The notes under the pieces are model-generated. The model had not been told where the DNA came from, searched no databases, and worked only from the letters and a program-made list of their open reading frames with translations. Both the position numbers and the translations under genes were made by a program. A stretch of 64,000 nucleotides of DNA from an uncultured candidate division Zixibacteria bacterium (GTDB lineage: Bacteria > Zixibacteria > MSB-5A5 > GN15 > FEB-12), in the NCBI GenBank assembly GCA_963664195.1, contig OY760907.1, positions 2,752,001 to 2,816,000 of the forward strand. Reading direction: 5' to 3'. Below are positions 47,401 to 55,226 of the stretch, one piece after another. The first letter of the stretch is position 1; every line of letters starts with the position of its first letter.

Positions 47401-48086
47401 CGATGTTGATTCGCATCGTTGTGGGCGACGTTACTTCGATTCCGAAGCTGGTGCCATACGCCGATCAGGCGGAAGTCACTACCGGATTCGCCGATGGTAA
47501 GCTGGAGATCGGCGCGGAGACCTCAAACGGCATAGGTGCGGCCTATTTCATCTTTGACATTCCTGGCGATGTTGTGCCGGGTACACCGATTCTGACGGAC
47601 GCTTGCGCCGGATTCGAGATTGGCCACTCAGTATCCGACGGACAGTTGAAAGTCCTGCTGTATAACATCGGCAAGGCTTCGATTGACTGCGGACTGAATG
47701 AACTGCTGTCCATCCCGATTGACGGAGCAGGCGAGATTACTCTGGCGCATTCCGAACTGGTTGATTACCAGGGTCGTCCGTACAACTCGGTCGGCAAGAC
47801 TGCACTGCCGAAGGACTTCGCCGTCATGCAGAACTATCCGAACCCGTTCAACCCGACCACGACCGTCAGTTTCCTGATGCCGGCACCCGGTGACTGGACC
47901 CTCCAGATATTCAATATCACCGGCGCCCTGGTGAATGAGTACAGCGGAAGCGGTCAGGGTGGCCAGATCAACGTGGTCTGGGACAGCTACTGCTCCGACG
48001 GATCGAAGGCTGCCTCGGGTGTCTACTTCTACAGGGTGGACGCTTCAAACAAGTCCGAGACTCGCAAGATGATCTTGCTTAAATAG
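38418..48086 (+). CDS. Giant (3222 aa) secreted acidic Cys-rich Ig-like repeat protein with C-terminal cohesin-like, dockerin-like and T9SS-CTD/FlgD-Ig-like domains
   Basis: SD GGAGG; signal peptide; about 30 repeats of about 85 aa (P...D....C....C......D.D........G.Y....VCF....G.Y...V...D.CG...D); GFDILLNYD; paired GDINLNG/TDVNADG; QNYPNPFNP...ASGVYFYR...RKMILLK. Confidence 0.93.
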   Translation: MNRRRSLLSLLVLTFVCVSLFSPLATADQSVPNSGPSRVDTPVEPLWVPTFVLPDDTVLVWCEAEQYCFDITAADADESDSLLLSLVSGPIAYEPELFGYEFTTTVCFTPETSGDYTFVWQLTDKQQHVLVDTVTFTVELGFIPSIEDQQFFAELCNLHEDRILELGIAADGTTYELVSGPGALDPQTGQLAYQPDTSGTYTFEVAAFSECGADTATITDEVVLNLPPYCLPYDTVVYLCDPEEVCFDVFAVDPEGDPIVLSMLEGPGTFTQTSDTSGTACFMPGDVEHAIYNFVFYSADSCVQSHDDPNKAPMCCIDTFHVEVIITEPGDLACPGDTTIDLCVPPELVPNEICLTGFTSTWETTEVSLGTLDGETVCFPTDGLGTYTISMYGSDTCGHADTCTMQVTLRGNEVPVLMMADDFEDEFCLADTICFSATASDPDGNIVEYDLNLGTYDPETETICLGVDAAGTYEVIMTVTDACGATATDTTVVTLTPVDPPTVSLGDDMQFAFCAPQTVCIPATITSDREVTVLTSIGTWDEQGNMVCFLAETADVYELILTVQDDCGNQAADTVLVDVQLDTPPVIEGLYDTTIALCDPGEVCIPVQITDVDDDNLVISTSIGTYADGQICFMAEGSGSYSLTVTATDECENTVSETVTVDVAVGSAPVIAGLADTGIYLCYPREICIPVEVTDIDGDITEITSSLGTFADGQVCFVPYNKGDYQIVVTATDECGHVAVDTANIEVKTDQDVHIVCPNDTLIFLCEPDTLCFPIEGIPDGAEVTVGGTATYWNEETQSICFVSDCCLENTLSVAVTTACGTHTCEFTVEVQTNSQPLVMMPTDTTVFLCEDGTVCLPVGISDIDGNIAEVTVEGGTYDDYENTVCFEPNGEGHYTISVHVIDSCGAERTDEMNVTIDLNAPPVLTTLFAETLIYQCELEEICIPLNIFDVNENLQGIVADQSGTWGPIGEGHIDTNFCYLPDSFGEHCITFTATDECGLTDELQVCFTIEQPSVVAIECPDPASLAVCGPGAVCFPVTITGDPSEVTTSVGWYDNGQVCVHTDDLPFTEIVIIAVGDCNTDTCVTEFNLEMVDSPDITCPNDTTVSLCGPETLIIPFEISGGDGPNQMITASAPATVEFDNGWFVLVPVSETGTQTVTLTHSSLPCEPAECSFDVTAVFNSAPKVEMNDLTVSYCELQEVCVPFWADDVDNNITDITSSFGSVILDGEGPTVALAPLKLQDRVGLQMTPPTGEVCFIPDAFGDYSLTVTVTDECGEQADVTVTATVNERSKVEISCPVNPAPFTFCELGTQCIPLPIIGDEFTVDASFGNWENDQLCVTVEQYGLYQITVVAESECNNDTCTFQVEFLEPVEVTCSVADTTLFLCENDPATIQIPVTVTGDDAVVTVEPAGEYADGFVTVTVGDFGVSEFTVTATNACSESDCSFTVGLSWNAAPVVEAADTSLSFCELAEICVPFEATDADGNLYEIRTSLGVVRDGHVCFTPDAYGDHQITITATDECEASSEKTITVTVTEGTSVAIDCPVDPFYLWVEVPDTIRIPVAITPTDEVEITVSPDGYYDAAAGELVAYVTSTGMYQYDITAVAECNTETCQVNVEIGQYVPPIVTCIGSVDTALCLTQPTTLCLPVTVTGSNVEVLVSDPAYYENGNVCLEVTEAGNYTIDVTAFNDRDTATCTSELVVTGGNPPTLVMPDDFTTRLCEPDDICFEVTIEDTDFDITRLDISLGTYDAGSGHVCFFADVAGDYPIEIRVADDCGNEITKSTVVTVEFNDAPVVVLPDDYSAFLCDLSEICVDVTITDTEDVTVTSNIGQYDSQTGQVCFTPDGPGTYEITVEATDDCEAVGSDTIAIDVLGNTPPTISGLNDTSVYVCYPTEMCLTLDVYDIDDNIQSIDVSYGTYENGQVCFVPYAAGSYEVIATVTDECGEVAVDTATVDVHTDQEVEIVCPGDTSIFLCEPETLCFPIGGIPEGATVDVGGTSTYWDEEAQSICFFSDCCIDNTLEVYVTTACGTFTCDFNVHVETNAAPLVMLPRDTTIIQCELGPVCLPVGISDAEGNLTDVTTSYGIYDDYRNEVCFTPDTAGVYTIGVTATDSCGATRTDYVTVTVKVNEAPTISYVPIDSVLRQCAPEEVCIPITISDADANIVDITVEGGTYDADLQQVCLMPDGVGHFCMTVDVVDECGLTAQEQICVDIVLGDYVQIECPEEPIAEQVLCEATTLCFDLPIIGENVTVSLDYGTYENGQVCFLADNTQTYEITVIADAQCNSDTCLMTVPVTILEPLAITCPDDDEQFVCQPDTFCYDFTFAPASAEVTVSEPAYVSEGKVCVPVLQTGVQTITLTATNQCGIETCSFDVTATFNTSPVVTLGDDVTLTECELFNICIPLTVEDVDGNIETLVATHGTIDGDTAVCFTAPDYGTYSIVVSAADECGEIDADTVIVTLIEGDYASIECPDGTQFASICGADSVRILAPIAPSTATIMILPNGVYDAETGEIVIWVTEGGTHEITIIAESQCGSDTCQFNLEVEMGIAPQVVCPGQIDTLLCLVEPDTLCFPVEITGTGVQVNVNPAGYYAAGVVCVPIDEAGEYSFDIIAFGPCGTDTCTVDINVAADQLPELFLPEMLVFERCPDDTDMICIDGIYATDAESDVTITQVCGLGEFTSAEGDSGQVCFLPVDFGTAEFCFEVTDGCHTIVDTMTVDIQMKDDCDVCLRLSIDGGESTPVGLMKRVTLNVETNDLIGGFDILLNYDPTALSFQHATMDGGAASEWEYFTWNLDVDGDLSSAGLVRFVGIADQNDGMHHPPFDAYSPDGALLFIDFLVANDQTLGGVYVPISFLWRDCMDNSFSDRTGEILYIDSRVFNYEGILIWDEFDDASYPDASRPMGMGAPDSCIVEDGKTLPLRCIEFYNGGVHIIHPDDIDDRGDINLNGVSNEIADVVVFTNYFINGLAAFTISIPGQIAATDVNADGLTLTVADLTMLIRIVVGDVTSIPKLVPYADQAEVTTGFADGKLEIGAETSNGIGAAYFIFDIPGDVVPGTPILTDACAGFEIGHSVSDGQLKVLLYNIGKASIDCGLNELLSIPIDGAGEITLAHSELVDYQGRPYNSVGKTALPKDFAVMQNYPNPFNPTTTVSFLMPAPGDWTLQIFNITGALVNEYSGSGQGGQINVVWDSYCSDGSKAASGVYFYRVDASNKSETRKMILLK

Positions 48087-48110
48087 ATATTCCCCATCGT
48101 ATCTTTCCTC

Positions 48111-48152
48111 GACGGCGTCCGGACACATCAACTGGACGCCGTCACTTTTTTG
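48111..48152 (+). terminator. Rho-independent terminator of the giant gene
   Basis: GACGGCGTCC...GGACGCCGTC followed by ACTTTTTT. Confidence 0.8.
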
Positions 48153-48215
48153 TGCAGTACAAGGGGAGGTCGACGTGTCGTCTAACCCAGACTCGTGGTC
48201 TACATTCTGAATTGT

Positions 48216-48686
48216 CTATTTGTGATAAGAACTACCGGCGAGAATCGAGAAGCCCCGGTATATCTGTTCAAGAAGCACCAACCGCACTAACTGATGCGAA
48301 AACGTCAACTCTGAAAGAGAGAGGATCGTCTCGGCACGAGCCAGAAGATGTTCATGCAGGCCGTACGGACCGCCGATGAGAATCGTGACCGAACCACCCG
48401 AGATCGACTGTTGCTTCTGGAGCCATCGAGCGAAACTTCTGGAATCGTGTCTCTTGCCTCGATCACTCAGAGCGATGAACCGCGATGATCCGAGAGCTTT
48501 GTCGAACCGCTGAGCCTCGCGCTTCTTAATTTCATCCGGTGACAGGGAAGAAGTGGATTTGAGGCCGGGCAGAAGATCAATCTGAACGTTTGCGTATCGA
48601 GAGAGAAGTTTGAGATAGTGTTCGGATCCTTCGGTGACCCAGGGATCCTTGTCCTTGCCGATTGCGACAACGCGAATCCTAAGCAA
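48216..48686 (-). CDS. rlmH: 23S rRNA (pseudouridine-1915-N3)-methyltransferase
   Basis: IGGPYG, LSLSELTFSHQLVRLVLLEQIYR, YHK. Confidence 0.96.
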   Translation of the reverse strand: MLRIRVVAIGKDKDPWVTEGSEHYLKLLSRYANVQIDLLPGLKSTSSLSPDEIKKREAQRFDKALGSSRFIALSDRGKRHDSRSFARWLQKQQSISGGSVTILIGGPYGLHEHLLARAETILSLSELTFSHQLVRLVLLEQIYRGFSILAGSSYHK

Positions 48687-49077
48687 ATCTGCTCACCTTG
48701 ACGAGAAGCTTGCGATTACGAGGACCGTCAAAGTCACAGAAGTAAATCCCCTGCCACGTTCCGAGAACAAGACGGCCATCCTCGATCAACACCTGCTCCG
48801 AAGCGCCCATGAGAGAGGCTTTCAGGTGGGCGTCGGAATTGCCCTCGCTGTGATGATATCCGTCCTGTTGGGGGATTTCCTTGTTCAGCTTGTAGATCAA
48901 ATCGCGTTGCACGTCAGGGTCAGCGTTTTCGTTGATCGTTATGCCGGCGGTCGTGTGCGGCACAAAGCAGAAAGCCAGCCCCGATATGATCCCGCTCTCC
49001 TCTACTGCCTCCCTGACGAGGGAAGTGACATCAACCAATTGTTCACGCTGTGTTGTCTTGACTGCAAACTGACGCAT
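48679..49077 (-). CDS. yjbQ: YjbQ/UPF0047 family protein
   Basis: PHTTAGITINENADPDV, H.EGNSDAHLK, LGTWQGIYFCDFDGPR. Confidence 0.93.
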   Translation of the reverse strand: MRQFAVKTTQREQLVDVTSLVREAVEESGIISGLAFCFVPHTTAGITINENADPDVQRDLIYKLNKEIPQQDGYHHSEGNSDAHLKASLMGASEQVLIEDGRLVLGTWQGIYFCDFDGPRNRKLLVKVSRFA

Positions 49078-49991
49078 CAGTCGAACAACGCCTCCGCGAA
49101 TTGTTTGGGATCAAACTGCTGAATGTCATCGATCTGCTCGCCCAGCCCCACGAAGTCAACCGGCACACCAAGTTCTTCGGCCACCGCAATGACGATGCCG
49201 CCCTTGGCCGTACCGTCAAGCTTGGTGATGATGATGCCGTCGCAGCCAACCGCTTCGGTGAACACTTTCACCTGCGACACGGCGTTCTGACCGGTATTGC
49301 CGTCAATAATCAGCTTGCTTAGAATCGTGGCGTCAGGAGCCGCCTTAGTGACCACGCGTTTGATCTTCTTCAGCTCTTCCATCAGGTTGGCTTTGGTGTG
49401 CAGACGTCCCGCAGTGTCGATCAACAGAATATCCGTTCCTCTTGCGCGGGCCGCACTGGCGGCGTCGAAAGCAACCGAGGCAGGGTCAGCGGCTTCCTGT
49501 GAACGGACAATCTCCACGCCGCTCCGCTCGGCCCAGATGGCTATTTGATCGATAGCGGCCGCACGGAACGTGTCGCAGGCGCCGATCATGACCTTCTTGT
49601 TCTGCGAGGCGAACAGCGTCGCCAGTTTGCCGATAGTCGTCGTTTTACCGACGCCGTTAACACCGGTGATAAGCCAGATAATCGGTCTACCTGCGTCGGT
49701 AGGGAAGAGGTCCTTTGCGCCGTTGCCAAGAATGTTAGCGATTTCCTCTTTGAGCAGTCCCATGACTTCCTCACCTTCGGTGAGTTTCTGCGCGCGGGCC
49801 TTCTCTTTCATATTCTCGATAAGGCGGAAAGTGGCCTGGACGCCGACATCGGCCTGAATCAGGATCTCTTCGATTTCGTCAAGAAGGTCGTCGTCGATTT
49901 TGCGACGAGTCACTACTTTGGCAATCTTACCGAGCAAATTGTCTTTAGTCTTGCTGAGGGACTTCTTCAGCTTCGCAAGTGAACCGAACAT
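49077..49991 (-). CDS. ftsY: Signal recognition particle receptor
   Basis: GVNGVGKTTTIGKLA, DTFRAAA, DTAGRLH, TKLDGTAKGG. Confidence 0.97.
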   Translation of the reverse strand: MFGSLAKLKKSLSKTKDNLLGKIAKVVTRRKIDDDLLDEIEEILIQADVGVQATFRLIENMKEKARAQKLTEGEEVMGLLKEEIANILGNGAKDLFPTDAGRPIIWLITGVNGVGKTTTIGKLATLFASQNKKVMIGACDTFRAAAIDQIAIWAERSGVEIVRSQEAADPASVAFDAASAARARGTDILLIDTAGRLHTKANLMEELKKIKRVVTKAAPDATILSKLIIDGNTGQNAVSQVKVFTEAVGCDGIIITKLDGTAKGGIVIAVAEELGVPVDFVGLGEQIDDIQQFDPKQFAEALFD

Positions 49992-50002
49992 ATTCGCGTT
50001 GC

Positions 50003-53000
50003 CTATTCTTCGGTGTCTTTTGGTGTTACCGCCACATCCGGGTTGATCCGTCCCTGGATGCTTGCCGGCAATTCGTCGGAGAGTTCTTCCTCCTCGACTT
50101 TGTCAATCTCGATCAGGTCGCCGCTGCCGTTACCGTCCTCGGTACCTTCCGCGAACTTTACCGCCACCAGTTTCGATACACCCGGACGCTCCATCGTGAC
50201 ACCGTAGAGGTTGTTGGAGGTCTGCATGGTGATCTTGTTGTGTGTGATGATGATAAACTGCGTGCGGCGGGAGAAGTTCCGAATGATCGTCAGGAAGCGG
50301 TGGCAGTTGGCGTCATCAAGCGGAGCATCGATTTCGTCGAGAATGCAGAACGGCGACGGCTTCACAAGATAGAGGGAGAACAGCAGGGCGATCGATGTAA
50401 GTGCCCGCTCACCTCCGGAGAGGATTGTGATCGGGAGCAGTTTCTTGCCACCCGGACGGGCGATGATGTCAATGTCTGATTCAAGCGGATCGTCGGGGTC
50501 AACCAGACTGATCGCTGCCTCGCCACCTTTGAACAACTCCACGAAGAGTTGCCTGAAGTTCTCCTGTACCTTGGCAAACGTCTCATTGAAAAGATCTCGT
50601 GCCGTGTGGTTGATCTTATTGATGGTGTTTTTCAGATCGTTCTTGGCGGTGCTGAGATCAGTTAGCTGCTCGTTGAGGAATTTCTCACGTTCCGCGGCGA
50701 CTTCGTATTCTTCGAGTGCCAGAAGGTTGACGGCGCCAATCTTCTTGACCCGCTCCTTCAATTCGTGGACGTGCTCGCCTATCTGTTCGTCCGCGATCTG
50801 TTCTTCCGGTCGTGCCGGTTCTTCGAGCACCGTCAGATCGATTTCGTGATCCTCGCGCACGTTCTCAACTAGGCTGACAATCTCAGATTCAATCGCGGTC
50901 AACCTGATTTCAGCTTTGTGTAACTCGTCAGCGACAGTGTCTTTTTCAGACCGGAGTCTTTTGGCTTCTTCTTCCTGCGTTGAGGTTCTCTCAGACAACT
51001 CAGCTTGAACTTCGCGGAGCTTCTCCTGCCGGGCTGTTTTGCTGTCGCGATCTTCGAAGGATTGGCGCAGCAGTCCTTCAAGCCTCTCAATCGTTTCGTC
51101 CGAATTGACGATGTCTTCTTGGGCCTGGTCGATTTCCTCAGACTTGGAGTCGCTAGTCTGGCGGATGTCGTTGCTGATCTCCCGGATGTGCGATATCTGG
51201 CTTTCGGTCTGCTGTGCGAAAGATCGGGCCTCGATCAGTGATACTTGCGAACGGGAAACGCGGTCGGCCGCTTCCGCTGCCGCACGTTCCAAGTCCTCCA
51301 GTCGTGTGCCGGACTGACTCATGTCACGGACGAGGTTCTCTTTCTGGCTGGCCAGTTGGTTGGCGTCCAGTCCAAGAGAATACTGACGATCCCTGATGCT
51401 TTCCAAACGCATGCTGAGATTCTGTTTCTCTTTCTGCAGACGCTCGAACTCGGCTGACAGGCTGCGACTGCCGAACTCACATTCGCCGAGCTTCCCCTGG
51501 AGTACATCTATCTCTTCTCCCAGGGAATCCAATTCATTGTTGAGCTGACCGGATTCGGCTCGCAGCGCACCGAGTTTAGCGGTGTTCTGGTTCTTCTGTT
51601 CCTGCGCGAATTCGAGTTTATTTTGGAATTCGGAGATCATCGATTCCTGTTCCGCGACTTTCTCTTTGCGACGGAAAAGCGGGAAACGATCATCGGAGCC
51701 GCCAGAGACGAAATTGCCTCCGTACAGGACGCCGTCGGTGGACACTGCCGAGAAACCGTAGGGGAGACGCTCCAGAATAGCATCGGTCTGCGTTCCCGCT
51801 TCAAACACCAGCGTGCGGGACAGTACGGAATCCTTGAGCGGCTTGAGGGGTTCGTCGGTAGTCACAAACTTATCGAGCCAGCCGACTACACCGGGGATGT
51901 CAATCTCCGGTCGTTTCACCGCCGGTGAAATCGTGCCGCTGCTCGGGACAAGGATGCCCGCCTTGCCCTTACTCTCAGCTTTAAGGTATTCGATGACTCG
52001 TTTGGCCTCGCTGCGGTCGTAGCAGATCAGGTAACGGGCGACATCGCCCAGCGCCGCTTCGAGCACGGTCTCCATACCCTCCACCGGGACGAACATATCG
52101 GCAACAGTTCCTGCCACACCCGGCCAGCGGTCCTTGACTTCCATCGCGGCCACAACACCGGATTCGTATCCCTCGAACTGAAGTATCATCTCTTCGAGCA
52201 GGTTGCGACGTGCCTGGCAGGCTTCGATCGAAGCGGTCAGGTTGGACAACTCAAGTGACAGCTCTTCGCCGGATTCAACCCGCTCTTCCATCTCTGCGAC
52301 CAGCTCGGTCTGACGGTTGTCCTTCTGATTGCGCTGAGTGGTTTTGCCGTTGAGTTGCGCGCGAAGTTCTTCGATCTCTGAGACGATTGCCTTTTGTTTC
52401 GGGAGATTCTCCTGAATTTGTCTTTCAAAGTCGGCAATGGTCGCGCTCAACTCACTCTGTTGCTCGCGAAGGTTGTTCTCTTCCGTCATCCCTGAGGACA
52501 AACGGCCCTCGAGTTCAACAAGCTTCTTGGTTTCGTCTTCTTTGACGAGTCGTCCGGCCAGCAGTTGCTCGTCGGCTTTGGTCTGCATTGCTTGAGCTTC
52601 GGCGAGCGCCGTACCGAGTTTTCGCTCTTCTTCTTTTTGTCTGGCCAGCTCTTCTTCGGCAAGTCGGCTCTGTTCTTTGAGCGCATCAGCGCGTTTGTCC
52701 AGCGCTTCCAGATCGGTCGTGTTGCGCTCGATCAGGTGACGGGCGTTGGCCTTCTTTTCGTTCAGGACCGATATCTCACGCTCCGTCTGGTGCGCGGTCT
52801 CTGTAATAGAGTATATCTCTCCGTTGATCTCGGTCAGTTGGCGTTCCAGTCCAACCAGTTCTCTGCGGTCGACCTCGAGCTGTGCGTATGCCTTGTCAAG
52901 CGAGGTTTGACGTCCTGACTTCTGGTCGGAGAGACCGTCGAATGTTGCACGAAGATCACGTTTTTCGCGCTGAAGAGTTTTCACGCGTCTTGACCCGATG

Positions 53001-53683
53001 AATATCTCCCAGTCCTTGATCGCGTCGGTGAGATGCTTGTAGCGCTCGGCTTTCTTGTGTTGGCGGTACAGCGAGTTCACTCGCGTTTTGATCTCCGCGT
53101 ACACGTCCTTGAGCCGAAGGAAGTCGTTTTCGGTGGCTTCCAGTTTTCTCAGGGCCGCCTTGCGACGTTGCTTGTACTTCGTGATTCCCGCGGCTTCCTC
53201 AAACAGGAAACGACGTTCCTCGGCCTTGTCGGAGATGACAGCGTCGATCATGTGCTGCTGAATGACCGAATACGAGTGCGCCCCCATGCCGGTGTCGGCG
53301 AACAGGTCGATGATGTCTTTCAGGCGGCAGGGGACCTTGTTGATCATGTATTCCGAGTCACCGCTGCGGAACAGGCGTCGAGTGATCTGGATTTCGTGGT
53401 ACTCGGTGGCCAGCACGCCGCGGTCGTTGACGACCGTCAGGGTGACCTCGGACATGCCCAGCGGTTTCAATTCGCCGGTGCCGTTGAATATCACCTCTTC
53501 CATTTTGCCGCCGCGCAGCATGGTCGGTTTCTGTTCGCCCAGCACCCAGCGAAGGGCATCCAGTACGTTTGTCTTGCCGCATCCGTTGGGGCCGACGATA
53601 GCCGTCACGCCCTCGGTGAACTTTATCAGGGTCTTATTGGGGAAGGACTTGAAACCCAGAATTTCAATCTGTTTGAGATGCAC
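50003..53683 (-). CDS. smc: Chromosome partition protein SMC
   Basis: GFKSF, GPNGCGKTN, coiled coils with hinge, LSGGE, LDEIDAPLD. Confidence 0.97.
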   Translation of the reverse strand: MHLKQIEILGFKSFPNKTLIKFTEGVTAIVGPNGCGKTNVLDALRWVLGEQKPTMLRGGKMEEVIFNGTGELKPLGMSEVTLTVVNDRGVLATEYHEIQITRRLFRSGDSEYMINKVPCRLKDIIDLFADTGMGAHSYSVIQQHMIDAVISDKAEERRFLFEEAAGITKYKQRRKAALRKLEATENDFLRLKDVYAEIKTRVNSLYRQHKKAERYKHLTDAIKDWEIFIGSRRVKTLQREKRDLRATFDGLSDQKSGRQTSLDKAYAQLEVDRRELVGLERQLTEINGEIYSITETAHQTEREISVLNEKKANARHLIERNTTDLEALDKRADALKEQSRLAEEELARQKEEERKLGTALAEAQAMQTKADEQLLAGRLVKEDETKKLVELEGRLSSGMTEENNLREQQSELSATIADFERQIQENLPKQKAIVSEIEELRAQLNGKTTQRNQKDNRQTELVAEMEERVESGEELSLELSNLTASIEACQARRNLLEEMILQFEGYESGVVAAMEVKDRWPGVAGTVADMFVPVEGMETVLEAALGDVARYLICYDRSEAKRVIEYLKAESKGKAGILVPSSGTISPAVKRPEIDIPGVVGWLDKFVTTDEPLKPLKDSVLSRTLVFEAGTQTDAILERLPYGFSAVSTDGVLYGGNFVSGGSDDRFPLFRRKEKVAEQESMISEFQNKLEFAQEQKNQNTAKLGALRAESGQLNNELDSLGEEIDVLQGKLGECEFGSRSLSAEFERLQKEKQNLSMRLESIRDRQYSLGLDANQLASQKENLVRDMSQSGTRLEDLERAAAEAADRVSRSQVSLIEARSFAQQTESQISHIREISNDIRQTSDSKSEEIDQAQEDIVNSDETIERLEGLLRQSFEDRDSKTARQEKLREVQAELSERTSTQEEEAKRLRSEKDTVADELHKAEIRLTAIESEIVSLVENVREDHEIDLTVLEEPARPEEQIADEQIGEHVHELKERVKKIGAVNLLALEEYEVAAEREKFLNEQLTDLSTAKNDLKNTINKINHTARDLFNETFAKVQENFRQLFVELFKGGEAAISLVDPDDPLESDIDIIARPGGKKLLPITILSGGERALTSIALLFSLYLVKPSPFCILDEIDAPLDDANCHRFLTIIRNFSRRTQFIIITHNKITMQTSNNLYGVTMERPGVSKLVAVKFAEGTEDGNGSGDLIEIDKVEEEELSDELPASIQGRINPDVAVTPKDTEE

Positions 53684-53698
53684 GCGCCCTCCAAGGCT

Positions 53699-54277
53699 CT
53701 ATTGGGGCTTTGCTGACGAGTGACCGTTGGACGGCCGCTGCAGAAGTGCCCCGAGTGTATCCAGAAGTGATCGGTAAATGTTGCGTTCGTCGCGGAGATA
53801 CTTGGTTTTGATCTCCACGTTATAGTACGGTTCTCCAAGATGATTCCCACGTCCGATGCGAACCGCACGCGGAAAACTCAGGAGAATGGCGGAAGTAAAA
53901 TTGGATGCTTCGATGCTCAGATCAAGAATCATATCGAATTTCTGATCCGAAAGATGCTGTACGTAGTTCTTCTTGGGCAGTCCCGACCAGGTGAGCTGGT
54001 CCATCGAGGGCGTCAGTATCTGGAATCCCTTGCGGGGATAGATGTCGTGTACTTTCACTCCCGGCATGGACAGGAGTGTCACGTCGGCCGGTTTGAACAT
54101 GTCGCGAATGGTCGGCAGAAACTGTTTTACTAGGGTCAACTCGCGGAGTCCCTCGGGCAGGCACACCATTATGTGTCTGGGTTTCAGCAGGTCGCCGGGG
54201 AAGGAGAACTCGACCGTGTCGATGTTCTTCCGAAGGCGTCCGACCTGCCAGGTCGCGAGTATGCTCCTAAAGCCCAT
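53699..54277 (-). CDS. Hypothetical protein (DUF6913 / GT9 N-terminal-lobe-like)
   Basis: Start MGFRS overlaps the rodZ stop; L....FD.ILDLS...A.RIG pattern. Confidence 0.65.
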   Translation of the reverse strand: MGFRSILATWQVGRLRKNIDTVEFSFPGDLLKPRHIMVCLPEGLRELTLVKQFLPTIRDMFKPADVTLLSMPGVKVHDIYPRKGFQILTPSMDQLTWSGLPKKNYVQHLSDQKFDMILDLSIEASNFTSAILLSFPRAVRIGRGNHLGEPYYNVEIKTKYLRDERNIYRSLLDTLGALLQRPSNGHSSAKPQ

Positions 54278-55226
54278 TGTTCTCCGTGGCCTGGTCTGTC
54301 GTGTCAGGCGCCGAGGTGGCCGGTACAGTCGGCTCTCCGGGAGCGGTGCGAGTCCGCGGACGGGCCGGCGGCGTGCCAAAATCTTTCTTGTTGATCTGGT
54401 TTATCTCTACCCTCGAGATACGTCCGCTGGTCGTGTTGGCGAGGAAAACCGGTTGGCCGTCGAGCGTAATATCAACCACACGCGGCACGCCGATCGAAAT
54501 CAGCAGCCGGTGTTTGGCACTGACCGTGTACTGCCGGAGAGGAGTCAGATTCTGGTAAATGGCCGTGTCTCCATCGGCAAGGATGGTGGCCCAACTCTGG
54601 TCACGAGCGACCACCTTCAATTGAAGGCTGTCGCGGGCGATTTCCGGTGCGCCGGTCCAGGTGTAGCCGGCGACCTGTTCCTCAACAATCTCCGCAGCCG
54701 TACGTGCCGGCGAGACGACTTCTCCTGTTTGTCCGGAATCGGTCGCCTCCCGTGTGTCCGATCTACCAAACCAGAACTTGAACCCGAGGAAGAATATGAC
54801 GAACACGACAATGACTGAGCCGCCAATAATGATCAGCTTGCGGCCGAATCCGTTTTCGTCCTCGGTCTCCTGCTCGATCTCAGATTCTTCGTCATCTTCG
54901 GCCGGCTTTGCAGGTTTCTTGCTCTTTCGTTTCTTCGGTTCCTTTAGTGCCTTCGGCTCAGCGTCCTGATTTTCCTCCAGTTCGCCGAGATCTTCGCGGA
55001 TGGCATCTATCGTCTTGGCGTAATCAATCCCAAGACGTTCGGCGTACGATTTGGAAAAGAGGTTGTAATACAGTTCCGAAGGCAGGTCAGCGGCGTTGCC
55101 GGCTTCTATGGCCTCGAGATTGACTTCCGAAATCTTCAGTTCTTCGGAGAGATCGCTGATCGAGATGCTCTGACGCTCTCGTTCCAGTTGCAGAAGCTTT
55201 CCGAGTTTTTCGTGCAGTTCGCTCAT
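54267..55226 (-). CDS. rodZ: RodZ-family helix-turn-helix transmembrane protein
   Basis: N-terminal HTH (LG..L...RE...S..D.S..LKI....L.AIE.G), single TM, C-terminal DUF4115-like domain. Confidence 0.85.
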   Translation of the reverse strand: MSELHEKLGKLLQLERERQSISISDLSEELKISEVNLEAIEAGNAADLPSELYYNLFSKSYAERLGIDYAKTIDAIREDLGELEENQDAEPKALKEPKKRKSKKPAKPAEDDEESEIEQETEDENGFGRKLIIIGGSVIVVFVIFFLGFKFWFGRSDTREATDSGQTGEVVSPARTAAEIVEEQVAGYTWTGAPEIARDSLQLKVVARDQSWATILADGDTAIYQNLTPLRQYTVSAKHRLLISIGVPRVVDITLDGQPVFLANTTSGRISRVEINQINKKDFGTPPARPRTRTAPGEPTVPATSAPDTTDQATENNGL

